DNA of 64,000 nucleotides from an uncultured Bacteroidota bacterium (GTDB lineage Bacteria > Bacteroidota > Bacteroidia > Flavobacteriales > Flavobacteriaceae). The stretch is from contig CACNIG010000004.1 of the NCBI GenBank assembly GCA_902620455.1, forward strand, positions 13,936 to 77,935. Direction: 5' to 3'. The translations under genes were made by a program, and so were the position numbers. Below the pieces are notes generated by a model. It made no database searches. It was not told the origin of the DNA and saw nothing but the letters and a program-made list of their open reading frames with translations. Below, piece after piece: positions 17,952 through 27,102 of the stretch. Numbering within the stretch: position 1 is the first letter of the stretch; every line of letters begins with the position of its first letter.

Positions 17952-18731
17952 ATGAATAATATTGTCCAAGAACTTGAACCATTAAAAGATAAACTTAGAA
18001 ATCACTCTTTATACAATAATATTAAAGATACTGAAGACCTTAAAATTTTCTCAAGCGCTCATGTTTATGCAGTATGGGATTTCATGTCTCTTTTGAAGTT
18101 TCTTCAAATTAAATTAACCTCAACTTCACTTCCTTGGTTCCCAAGCGAAAATAATACTACAGCAAAATTGATTAATGAAATTGTAGCAGGAGAAGAAACA
18201 GATGAAGACCAAAATGCTAACCCAATGTCTCATTTTGAAATGTATATCAACTCAATTCAAGAATTTGGGCTTGACACTGATGAAATTCTAAATAATATTA
18301 ACTCATTAAATAAACTTGAATCAATTGAGGAGGATATTGACAAATTAGATATTAAAAATTACGTAAAGAATTTTTTAAAATTTACATTCTCCGTAATTAA
18401 AAGAGGCAATGTTCATGAAGTTGCCTCAGTATTTACATTTGGTAGAGAGGATTTGATTCCTGATATGTTTATCCCATTGATAGAAGGAATAAATGCAGAG
18501 AATAATAATTTAGACAAATTAATTTATTACTTTAAAAGGCATATTGAGGTAGATGGTGACCTGCATGGCCCAATGTCTATGGAAATGTTATCTTATTTGT
18601 GCAATGATGAAACTAAGAAAATATCAGAGGCAAGCTCAATATCAAAAGAAGCCCTTCTCGCAAGAATATCATTGTGGGATGGTATTGAAAATGAAATAAA
18701 ACAAAGAAAAAAAAACTATGAAAAAGCTTAA
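17952..18731 (+). CDS. DUF3050-like (heme-oxygenase-fold) protein
   Basis: HVYAVWDFMSLLKFLQ and the all-helical character match my recollection of DUF3050. Confidence 0.55.
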   Translation: MNNIVQELEPLKDKLRNHSLYNNIKDTEDLKIFSSAHVYAVWDFMSLLKFLQIKLTSTSLPWFPSENNTTAKLINEIVAGEETDEDQNANPMSHFEMYINSIQEFGLDTDEILNNINSLNKLESIEEDIDKLDIKNYVKNFLKFTFSVIKRGNVHEVASVFTFGREDLIPDMFIPLIEGINAENNNLDKLIYYFKRHIEVDGDLHGPMSMEMLSYLCNDETKKISEASSISKEALLARISLWDGIENEIKQRKKNYEKA

Positions 18732-19758
18732 TACTCTTTTTCTAATATTAACTCTCTCAACTGGATGTTCTCAAGAAATTGTTTCTAGTAAATATGCTGA
18801 ATCAATTAATTCCAATGATTTAGAAGATCTTTTATCGGTTTACTCCTCTGACGGTTTTGAAGGAAGACAAACTGGTACGAAAGGCGATAGAACTGCTGCT
18901 AATTTTTTAAGAGACTTTTATATTTCTAATAATATAGGACCTGCCTTAAATACAATTGATTACTTCCAACCATATCAATTAAATCTTCCAGGTAAAATGT
19001 ACACATTTAACTATTCATTCCCATCTACACTCAGAGGATACGACAGATATGCTCAAGGTGATAATTTTGTAGATACTCAAAATGTTGCATCTGTGATTGA
19101 AGGTGAAATTTACCCAGAGAGTTACTTGATCATAACAGGACATTTAGATCACGTAGGAATTAATGGTGATGAAGTTTATAATGGTGCAGATGACAATGGA
19201 AGTGGAACTGTTTCTATTTTAGAAATTGCTCAAGCTTTTCAAGAAGCAGTTGAAGATGGGGTTAGACCAAAAAGGTCTGTCGTCTTTCTTCATGTATCTG
19301 GTGAAGAGGAAGGTCTACTGGGATCAGAATATTATGTAAATAACTCACTTTATCCTCTAGAAAATACATTTGCTACTTTAAATCTTGATATGATAGGTAG
19401 AACGGATCCTAATAGAGGCTATGAAGATGAAGAATATGTTTATTCCATAGGGTCTGACAGGATTTCCAAAGAACTTAAGAAAATATCTGAGAGAATAAAT
19501 GAACAAACAGAAAATTTAAAATTGGACTACAGTTTTGATATTCCAAATGATCCAAATGATTTTTATGAAAGAAGTGATCATTTTAATTTTGCTAAAAATA
19601 ATATTCCTGTCATCTTTTTTTTTAGCGGAGTACATGAAGACTATCATGGGCCTGGTGATACGTATGATAAGATCAGATATGATTTATTGACAAAAAGGGC
19701 AAGACTCATTTTTCACACAGCATGGGAATTAGCTAACATGGATAGAGATCTTGAGTAG
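18718..19758 (+). CDS. M28 family metallopeptidase lipoprotein
   Basis: Lipobox STGCS with GHLDHVG, GADDNGSG, SGEEEGLLGS and SDHFNF motifs. Confidence 0.8.
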   Translation: MKKLNTLFLILTLSTGCSQEIVSSKYAESINSNDLEDLLSVYSSDGFEGRQTGTKGDRTAANFLRDFYISNNIGPALNTIDYFQPYQLNLPGKMYTFNYSFPSTLRGYDRYAQGDNFVDTQNVASVIEGEIYPESYLIITGHLDHVGINGDEVYNGADDNGSGTVSILEIAQAFQEAVEDGVRPKRSVVFLHVSGEEEGLLGSEYYVNNSLYPLENTFATLNLDMIGRTDPNRGYEDEEYVYSIGSDRISKELKKISERINEQTENLKLDYSFDIPNDPNDFYERSDHFNFAKNNIPVIFFFSGVHEDYHGPGDTYDKIRYDLLTKRARLIFHTAWELANMDRDLE

Positions 19759-19854
19759 ATTATTTTAGTTTGATTGGAAACTTCTTCACTTGAGAGTCAA
19801 CAATCAAGTACATGTCTGGATTTTTCAGTTCTTTTTTTCTCTAAAAACATTTGA

Positions 19855-22365
19855 TTAAGGTATGCTAACCATGTCTCCAAGAAATAATGCATTTAGAAAT
19901 AATCTATTTGTACCATACCAAGCTCCTCTAAAATTTGGATTATCAGAGAACATTATTGCTCTACCTTTACCAATTTTAGAAACTAATAATGAAACTGTAG
20001 ACTTAATTTTTTCATAATTTTTATCAGTAACAAATCCATCAATTAAAGGATCCTCTGTATATCTTACTACAGATGAATAATTGTTTTTTGAAGGTTTAAT
20101 CCATATAGTATTATTTTTATATACTGGTAAATTTGTGTCTTCTAATCCAAATCCTAATGGATGAGTTAAATCTACATTTGTTCTTAAAATAATTCCTCCA
20201 ATCTGTTCTTTACCTTTATTATTCATTGCATCAACGTATGGAAGATATATATCTTTTTTTAGATCATTCTCTGGCTTAAGTATCTCCTCTTTTACAATTT
20301 TATTATCAATCAGAAACTTTGAACCTGAACCAATAGATATTATTGTATTACCTCTGCTAGCCCAATCCTTAATTTTCTGTATTTGAATATCATTTAATTT
20401 ATAATTACCTGAAACAATTACCATTGTTGAATATTTATCTAATGAGATTCTATCAAAATTTCTAATCGGTATTTTAGAAATAGGCATGCCAACTCTTTGA
20501 TCTAGAAGATGCCAGACCTCACCAGCTTCATATGCATTAACTCCAGTTCCCACAAACATCATTGCTTTTTGCTTTTTAATTGGTGATACATATCTACTTC
20601 CTAGATCAATACCGCTAGAGCTTAGACCAGATTTAACTGAATAAATATTAACATCAAAATCTTTTTGAATAGATTTAAGTTTTTCAAATAACATATCAGA
20701 ATCTATATCCTGAATACTAACAGTTATAACAAGTGATCCATTATCAAATGATTTTAATCCATTACTTGTATTAATTCTAAATGGCTTTAAAGCAGTAGAA
20801 ACCTTGATTTTAGAATTAAGTAAAGAATTAATTACTGCAGGAATGTTATAGTCAACTGAATTGATTAAATATGCATAGTTTGACTTATCAAACGAATTAG
20901 TATTAAATAAGTCATCTAAATTCTTAATCAAGGTTCCTTCAAAATTTTTTGACGAAGGTACATAGTCAATATCATAAAAATTTGCAACTGACCATGCGGA
21001 TGCATCATAAAAAACACTATCAATAAACTCTTTATCTGTTTCAAAAATAGATCTTACAACTCTGTAATTCTTTTGTTTAGTTGGAATAAAGAAATTGTTT
21101 TTATCCCTTTGAACTTTAATATTATGCATCTTTAATTTATTTATAAATGCTTTAGTTTTATTCCTATCCTTACCCATTTTAAAAGAGTAGCCTTTAATTC
21201 TTCTTTTGTCAGCTTCTGTAAGCGCAGATGGAAAAAAATTTTGTTGATATTCTTTTAATTCATCCTTCATTGCAACTGAAGCCTTTATTGTATTCATGCC
21301 TGAAACATATTGATTTAATATTGTAAAAGGAAAAGTTAACTTACCAAATTGGGTTTCTTGTAGATGACCTCTTGAACTGGCTTGTTCAAACAACATTCCA
21401 ATACCACCCATAAGATCAGCGTATGATGAACTGTAGCCAGGATATGTCTTATCGAATAATTCTTTTGTAAAATATAGTGAGCCTAATTCATCAAGACCCT
21501 TTGAAAAATATTGACCAAAAAGTGACCAAAAATATTCATTTTCTTTAGGAATTATTGGATCTTTAATTGCATAAGACTTCCATGGAACAAACATAAATGT
21601 GCTATTAGTACCCATTTCGTGGAAATCCATAGTTACATTTGGATACCAACTATGATGAAAATTTAGCTTTCCTCTAGTTTCCGGATGGATACCAAATAAC
21701 AAATCCCTATTTAAGTCAAACCAATAGTGGTTAACTCTACCTCCCGGCCAATACTCATTGTGTTCTGCATCTTGAGGATCATCCACCAATGGTGAGGCTT
21801 TATAACTATTCACCCAATGAGTATGTCTATCTCTTCCATCTGGGTTTGAAACAGGGTCTATAAGCACTATAGAGTTTTCCAAATAATTTTTAATTACTTC
21901 TGTTTTTGAACTAACTAATGTATAAGCTGTTAGCATTGCAGCTTCTGATGTTGAAGGTTCATTTCCATGTATACTATATGAAAGATTAATTATAACAGGA
22001 AAATTTTTAGGCTTTTCAGAATTATTATAATTTTTATTATCAGGGTCTATATAAGATATATGTTCATTCCTAATATTTTCTATATTTTGAATTTTCTCTG
22101 GTGAACTAATGATTAAGTATATTAACTTTCTTCCTTCATATGAAGTTGCAAAAGAGAAAATATCAGCTTTATCTGAAACGTCAGACAAATATTCCATATA
22201 TGAAACAATTAAATCGTGCCTGGTATGCATTTCACCGATAGGGTATCCTAAAAATTCTTCTGGTGATTTAATATTTTCATCAAACGGAGCATATTTTTCA
22301 AAATAATAATCTTGAGAAAACAATGAACCTGTAAATAGTAAGTTTAATAATAGAATCTTTTTCAT
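19855..22365 (-). CDS. M14 family zinc carboxypeptidase, large multidomain form
   Basis: The HGNEPS zinc motif follows signal peptide MKKILLLNLLFTGSLFSQ. Start trimmed to the ATG at 22365 because the longer ORF runs through tRNA-His. Confidence 0.8.
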   Translation of the reverse strand: MKKILLLNLLFTGSLFSQDYYFEKYAPFDENIKSPEEFLGYPIGEMHTRHDLIVSYMEYLSDVSDKADIFSFATSYEGRKLIYLIISSPEKIQNIENIRNEHISYIDPDNKNYNNSEKPKNFPVIINLSYSIHGNEPSTSEAAMLTAYTLVSSKTEVIKNYLENSIVLIDPVSNPDGRDRHTHWVNSYKASPLVDDPQDAEHNEYWPGGRVNHYWFDLNRDLLFGIHPETRGKLNFHHSWYPNVTMDFHEMGTNSTFMFVPWKSYAIKDPIIPKENEYFWSLFGQYFSKGLDELGSLYFTKELFDKTYPGYSSSYADLMGGIGMLFEQASSRGHLQETQFGKLTFPFTILNQYVSGMNTIKASVAMKDELKEYQQNFFPSALTEADKRRIKGYSFKMGKDRNKTKAFINKLKMHNIKVQRDKNNFFIPTKQKNYRVVRSIFETDKEFIDSVFYDASAWSVANFYDIDYVPSSKNFEGTLIKNLDDLFNTNSFDKSNYAYLINSVDYNIPAVINSLLNSKIKVSTALKPFRINTSNGLKSFDNGSLVITVSIQDIDSDMLFEKLKSIQKDFDVNIYSVKSGLSSSGIDLGSRYVSPIKKQKAMMFVGTGVNAYEAGEVWHLLDQRVGMPISKIPIRNFDRISLDKYSTMVIVSGNYKLNDIQIQKIKDWASRGNTIISIGSGSKFLIDNKIVKEEILKPENDLKKDIYLPYVDAMNNKGKEQIGGIILRTNVDLTHPLGFGLEDTNLPVYKNNTIWIKPSKNNYSSVVRYTEDPLIDGFVTDKNYEKIKSTVSLLVSKIGKGRAIMFSDNPNFRGAWYGTNRLFLNALFLGDMVSIP

Positions 22366-22381
22366 ATAAGTAAAGTTAAAG

Positions 22382-22406
22382 AAAAAACCCCTCATTAGCT
22401 GAAGGG
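22382..22406 (-). terminator. hairpin plus T6 downstream of tRNA-His
   Basis: Minus strand reads CCCTTCA-gctaa-TGAGGGG followed by TTTTTT. Confidence 0.5.
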
Positions 22407-22440
22407 CTTGTTTTAAACGTGTAATGTAACGGTTAACTTG

Positions 22441-22515
22441 GGTGGAAGACCGGATTCGAACCGGCGACCTCCTGAACCACAATCAGGCGTTCTAACCAAC
22501 TGAACTACAACCACC
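22441..22515 (-). tRNA. tRNA-His (anticodon GTG) with encoded G-1
   Basis: Reverse complement folds with anticodon arm cctga-ttgtggt-tcagg and T arm gccgg-ttcgaat-ccggt. The acceptor stem has T5-T68 and T6-T67 mismatches. Confidence 0.8.
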
Positions 22516-22525
22516 ATTTAGGTGG

Positions 22526-22533
22526 CAAAAATA
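22526..22533 (-). promoter_or_regulatory. -7 box TATTTTTG for tRNA-His
   Basis: Exact TAnnTTTG match on the minus strand, 10 nt upstream of the tRNA 5' end. Confidence 0.4.
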
Positions 22534-22571
22534 GAGTTTTTGAAAATTATATTAAAGGAAATTTGAAAAAA

Positions 22572-23285
22572 TTAAAGTAAATCAAAGATATTATTTACTG
22601 CAATATTTTTTCTTGACTGAAAAGCTTCAGCATACTCTTTGTCAATTAGCCTGCCATAGTTTTTAGCTCTATATTTAATACTCTCAATGAAGTTTTCTGA
22701 ATTAATCTTTGTAGACTTTGAATTTGAGTCTTTAAGAACTTGACTTTGAAAAGCCAAAATAGCTTCTTTCTTAACTTCAATAAACTCTGATATATCAATT
22801 AGCACATCAGGCTTAAAATCATTCCATTGCTGATAGTTTAAGTTTACCCTCGGCCTCCAGGGTTGTTGGACCTTATCGTCATGTTTGGTTTCTAATTTTG
22901 AAAGACCACTCAAAAAAGCTGCTTCATAAATTAAATCAGAAGCTTTACCATGATCAGAGTGTCTATCAATTTGAGTTGGTGAAAGTATAATATCAGGCCT
23001 AAATTGTCTTATTACTTTGATGATTTCAATTTGGTTTTCTTTATTATTAAAAATAAATCCATCTTGAAAACCAAGATTAATTCTAAACTTTGCACCAATT
23101 ATTTTAGATGCAGAGTTAGCTTCTTTATCTCTTAACTCTGGAGTACCGTTAGTACCTAATTCTCCCCTTGTAAGATCAATAATACCTACGGTTTTACCTG
23201 ATGCAGTTGATTTAGCGATCGTACCACCACAACCCATTTCAACATCGTCAGGATGAGCCCCAAATGCTAAAATATCTGTTTTCAT
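22572..23285 (-). CDS. bshB1: PIG-L family deacetylase, BshB1-like (bacillithiol biosynthesis)
   Basis: AFGAHPDDVEMGCGGT and HSDHG motifs, 237 aa. Confidence 0.7.
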   Translation of the reverse strand: MKTDILAFGAHPDDVEMGCGGTIAKSTASGKTVGIIDLTRGELGTNGTPELRDKEANSASKIIGAKFRINLGFQDGFIFNNKENQIEIIKVIRQFRPDIILSPTQIDRHSDHGKASDLIYEAAFLSGLSKLETKHDDKVQQPWRPRVNLNYQQWNDFKPDVLIDISEFIEVKKEAILAFQSQVLKDSNSKSTKINSENFIESIKYRAKNYGRLIDKEYAEAFQSRKNIAVNNIFDLL

Positions 23286-24439
23286 TTAATAGATGAATTT
23301 ATTGCTTGGACAAGATCTTCATAAAGGTCTTCATGCGATTCAATACCTGCCGATAATCTAATGAGTTTATCCCCTATTCCCTGAATATCTCTTTCCTGTT
23401 GAGTCATAAGCCCATGAGATGTTTTCATTGGGAAGTTAACAGTTGTCTCAACACCAGCTAGACTCATCCCTGGTTTGATTATTTTAAGAGATTTTAGAAA
23501 AGTGTAAACATCGATATTCTCATTCAGGTCAAAAGACATCATAGCACCAAAATCATTCATTTGTTCCTTAGCAATTGAATGAGATGGATGAGACTGTAAA
23601 CCTGGATAATAAACTTTTGAAATATTTTTATGATCGTCTAACATTTTAGCTAGTATTTTAGCATTTTCTGTTTGCTGTTTAACTCTAACTAAGAGAGTTT
23701 TCATACTCCTCTCCAATAGCCATACTGTATAATCACTAAGATTTCCACCAAAGTTTTTTGCTGAATTGAGAATATTTTCAATTTTTTCTTTAGTGCTAAT
23801 TACAGCTCCAGCAGAAATATCACTATGACCACCAAGATATTTTGTTGCACTATGAATAACTATATCTATTCCATGATCAATTGGATTTTGATTAACTGGA
23901 CTCGCAAATGTATTATCAATCATAGTCCAAAGATTATTTTGCTTTGCTATTGAAGAGACTGATTTTAAATCAACTATTTTAAGAAGTGGATTACTCGGAG
24001 TCTCAATATAAATTCCAACGGTATTTTTTTTAATTTGAGCAGAAAAGTCTTCTGGGTTTAGACCTCCAGTGAACGAATATTGGATTCCAAATTTATCAAA
24101 TTCAGTTTGAATGAAATTTCTTGTACCTCCATATAAATCATTTTGAAAAATAATGTGATCACCAGTTTTAACATTTGACATTATTGATGTACTGATAGCA
24201 GCCATACCAGACGTAAAAATAAGTGCTTTCTCCCCATTTTCGAGTGAGGCAATTTTTTTGGATAAAAACTCTTGGTTTGGTGTATTAAAATATCTTGGGT
24301 ATGGTTTCTTTTCTGAATCTCCGCCAAACCAAGGATAAGTAGTTGACATGAATAAAGGTGATACTATTCCTTGATACATAGTATCCTTAATTTCACCTTC
24401 ATGAACGCATCTAGTAGAGAATTTATTCTTATTGGCCAT
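23282..24439 (-). CDS. PLP-dependent Cys/Met-metabolism enzyme (cystathionine gamma-synthase / gamma-lyase family)
   Basis: SATKYLGGHSD PLP-lysine motif, 385 aa. Confidence 0.85.
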   Translation of the reverse strand: MANKNKFSTRCVHEGEIKDTMYQGIVSPLFMSTTYPWFGGDSEKKPYPRYFNTPNQEFLSKKIASLENGEKALIFTSGMAAISTSIMSNVKTGDHIIFQNDLYGGTRNFIQTEFDKFGIQYSFTGGLNPEDFSAQIKKNTVGIYIETPSNPLLKIVDLKSVSSIAKQNNLWTMIDNTFASPVNQNPIDHGIDIVIHSATKYLGGHSDISAGAVISTKEKIENILNSAKNFGGNLSDYTVWLLERSMKTLLVRVKQQTENAKILAKMLDDHKNISKVYYPGLQSHPSHSIAKEQMNDFGAMMSFDLNENIDVYTFLKSLKIIKPGMSLAGVETTVNFPMKTSHGLMTQQERDIQGIGDKLIRLSAGIESHEDLYEDLVQAINSSIK

Positions 24440-24983
24440 CAGTTATCCAAGATACAATTTCTTGGGAATCTGGTCTAGTCCTTGGAGAAATAATTTTTTC
24501 AATTTTACCTTCTGTATTTATAAGATATTTCTGAAAATTCCAAGTGACACGAGAATCTTTAAATTTATTCTTAGATTTCTGTGTTAAGAATTGATATATA
24601 GGATGTTTTTTTGAGCCTTTAACTATAATTTTACTCATCATTGGAAAGGTTACTCCATAATTCTCCTCACAAAATTCAATAATATCTTCATTATTACCTG
24701 GTTCCTGCCAAAGAAAGTCATTGGACGGAAAACCGACAATCGTAAAATTAAAGTCTTTGTATTGAGAGTAAAGTTCTTGAAGAGCTTCATACTGATAAGT
24801 TAGGCCACATTTTGAAGCCGTGTTAACTATCATAATCTTTTTACCTTTAAGTTCAGAGAAGTCGAAGATATTTCCATAAATATCAGCTACCTTAAATTGA
24901 TATATAGAATTATCCACGGAAGTTTGTGCACTTAAAGTTAAACTCATAGTTAAAAGTATTGAAGTTAATAAAAGTCTCAACAT
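24429..24983 (-). CDS. glutathione peroxidase family protein (Cys type) with signal peptide
   Basis: NTASKCGLT, GFPSNDF and WNFQKYLI motifs. Confidence 0.9.
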   Translation of the reverse strand: MLRLLLTSILLTMSLTLSAQTSVDNSIYQFKVADIYGNIFDFSELKGKKIMIVNTASKCGLTYQYEALQELYSQYKDFNFTIVGFPSNDFLWQEPGNNEDIIEFCEENYGVTFPMMSKIIVKGSKKHPIYQFLTQKSKNKFKDSRVTWNFQKYLINTEGKIEKIISPRTRPDSQEIVSWITDGQ

Positions 24984-25032
24984 AACGATGCAAATATACT
25001 TTTATAACCCAAGGAAGATTCACAAATAATTG

Positions 25033-25701
25033 TTAAATAGAATTCACTATTTCTTTGAAAAAATCATATTTAGTGGAAGCACCGCCAACTAGAACTCCGT
25101 CTACGTTGTCTGAAGCTAAAATTTCTTTACTATTTGATGGGTTTACACTTCCACCATAAAGTATTGGGATATTTAAACCTAATTTAGACAACTTTGATTT
25201 AACATCTGAATGAATTTCGTTAATATGACCTATTGAAGCAGTTTCGCCAGTTCCTATAGCCCAAACAGGCTCGTATGCTAGAATAATTTCAAAATCATTA
25301 TTTAATGTATCAAAAGGTATTTGATTAATCTCTTCAAAACAGAGAACAAACGGAAAACCAATTGGTATAATTTCTAAAAGAATACTTTGTGGATTTTTCT
25401 CTCTTATCCTTGTCTCTGAATGAGAAACTAAAGACCTATTAATATTAATTTCCTTGAGATTTTTTAGTGTAATTCCTCCAGTATCTGATTTTGATTCAGC
25501 AGAAGTTAAATTTTGAGATATAACTTCAATATTTGTAGTGCTTAAAATTTGATTTACTTCATTTAAATAAAGATGGTTAGGAGATACCATAACTCTAGTT
25601 TTATCTTTGGTAACAAGTTCTAATAATGAGTGAGCAAGGGAAATTGATTCTTTGTGACCTAAATAGTTTTTCCAATTACCAATTATAATTTTTTGTTTCA
25701 T
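25033..25701 (-). CDS. tpiA: triose-phosphate isomerase, unusually short and divergent
   Basis: GNWK, SHSETR, AYEPVWAIGTG and YGGSV motifs. It is 222 aa against the usual ~250. Confidence 0.8.
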   Translation of the reverse strand: MKQKIIIGNWKNYLGHKESISLAHSLLELVTKDKTRVMVSPNHLYLNEVNQILSTTNIEVISQNLTSAESKSDTGGITLKNLKEININRSLVSHSETRIREKNPQSILLEIIPIGFPFVLCFEEINQIPFDTLNNDFEIILAYEPVWAIGTGETASIGHINEIHSDVKSKLSKLGLNIPILYGGSVNPSNSKEILASDNVDGVLVGGASTKYDFFKEIVNSI

Positions 25702-25704
25702 TTT

Positions 25705-26241
25705 TTATTCTTTTAGTAAAATTTGAGCAAAAACTGAATAATTTAAGATATCCTGAAAATTTGCATCAATTCCCTCACTTACATTAGTCTTTCCATCATT
25801 CTTTAATATACTTTTCATTCTATATATTTTTTGTATAATTAAATCTGTAAGACTTACAATTTCCATTTCTCTCCAAGCTTCTCCATAGTCATGATTTTTA
25901 TTGAGCATTAATTCGAAAGTTTCGTTCACATTCTTATCATATAGCTTAATTATTTCATCTGCATCTAAATCTGGTTCATCCACAATACCTTTTTCAATTT
26001 GAATAAGCGCCATTATCGAGTAATTAATAATTCCATAAAACTCAGCAATTTGATCCTCGTCAATTTTATTAGCAATATTATTTTGAAGATTTCTAATTCT
26101 TTGTGCTTTAATATTAATCTGATCGACCAATGAAATTATTCTTAAAACTCTCCATGATGATCCATAATCAGCATTTTTATCAATAAAAATCTCCCTTGAT
26201 TTACTTATTACATTATGATATTGTTCCTTTGTATCTTCCAT
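25705..26241 (-). CDS. DUF1599 protein (two tandem all-alpha repeats)
   Basis: KNADYGSSWR and KNHDYGEAWR repeats. Divergently adjacent to folP, as in many Bacteroidota. Confidence 0.7.
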   Translation of the reverse strand: MEDTKEQYHNVISKSREIFIDKNADYGSSWRVLRIISLVDQINIKAQRIRNLQNNIANKIDEDQIAEFYGIINYSIMALIQIEKGIVDEPDLDADEIIKLYDKNVNETFELMLNKNHDYGEAWREMEIVSLTDLIIQKIYRMKSILKNDGKTNVSEGIDANFQDILNYSVFAQILLKE

Positions 26242-26280
26242 ATTAGATTTTAATATAAATTTGGAAAAGTAGTTAAAAGT

Positions 26281-27102
26281 ATGACATTAAATTGTAACGG
26301 AAAAATCCTTGATTTACATACAAAAAAAATTATGGGAATTATAAATCTATCCCAAGATTCTTTTTATGACGGAGGAAAATATGATTCAATTGACAAGGTA
26401 AATGCTCAAATTTCCAATTTGGTTTCAAATGGAGCTGAAATAATTGATATTGGGGCTGCTAGCTCAAAGCCAGGATCTAAATTAATAGATCCAAAAAAAG
26501 AACTTGATATAGTATCAGATTATATAATTGAGCTATCTAATAATTTTAGAAATATTCATTTATCAATTGACACTTATAACTCAGATGTAGCTGAATTTGC
26601 TTTATCAAAAGGTTTCTCAATAATAAATGATATAAGTGCAGGGAGATATGATTCAAATATTTTTAACGTTGTTAAAGATTATAATGCAGGATACATATTA
26701 ATGCACATGTTGGGTGATCCAGAAAATATGCAGGAAAATCCAGAATATAATAATGTCGTCAAATCGATTCAAATATTTTTAAAAACCAAAATTCTAAAAC
26801 TTGAAGAATTAGGTTTTAATAATATTATTATAGATCCAGGATTTGGATTTGGTAAATCTATTGATGATAATTTTAAAATATTAAAAGAACTAGAGTCATT
26901 CCAATCTCTTAATAGACCAATTATAGTTGGTTTATCTAGAAAATCAATGATTTATAAAACTCTTAGTATTACTCCTGAAGAATCTTTAAATGGTACTACT
27001 GCACTGAACATTTTAGCATTAGAAAGAGGAGCAAATATTTTAAGAGTTCATGATGCAAGAGAGGCATTACAATGCATAAATCTCTTAAAAAAATTAAACT
27101 AA
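26281..27102 (+). CDS. folP: dihydropteroate synthase
   Basis: GIINLSQDSFYDGG, IIDIGAASS, DPGFGFGK and VGLSRKS motifs. Confidence 0.9.
   Translation: MTLNCNGKILDLHTKKIMGIINLSQDSFYDGGKYDSIDKVNAQISNLVSNGAEIIDIGAASSKPGSKLIDPKKELDIVSDYIIELSNNFRNIHLSIDTYNSDVAEFALSKGFSIINDISAGRYDSNIFNVVKDYNAGYILMHMLGDPENMQENPEYNNVVKSIQIFLKTKILKLEELGFNNIIIDPGFGFGKSIDDNFKILKELESFQSLNRPIIVGLSRKSMIYKTLSITPEESLNGTTALNILALERGANILRVHDAREALQCINLLKKLN

Noticed and set aside
22366-22482. N-terminal 39 codons of the 875-aa ORF (MWFRRSPVRIRSS...)
   Set aside because: This part is the antisense of tRNA-His plus its terminator hairpin. A proper signal peptide begins at the internal ATG (22365), so the CDS was trimmed.
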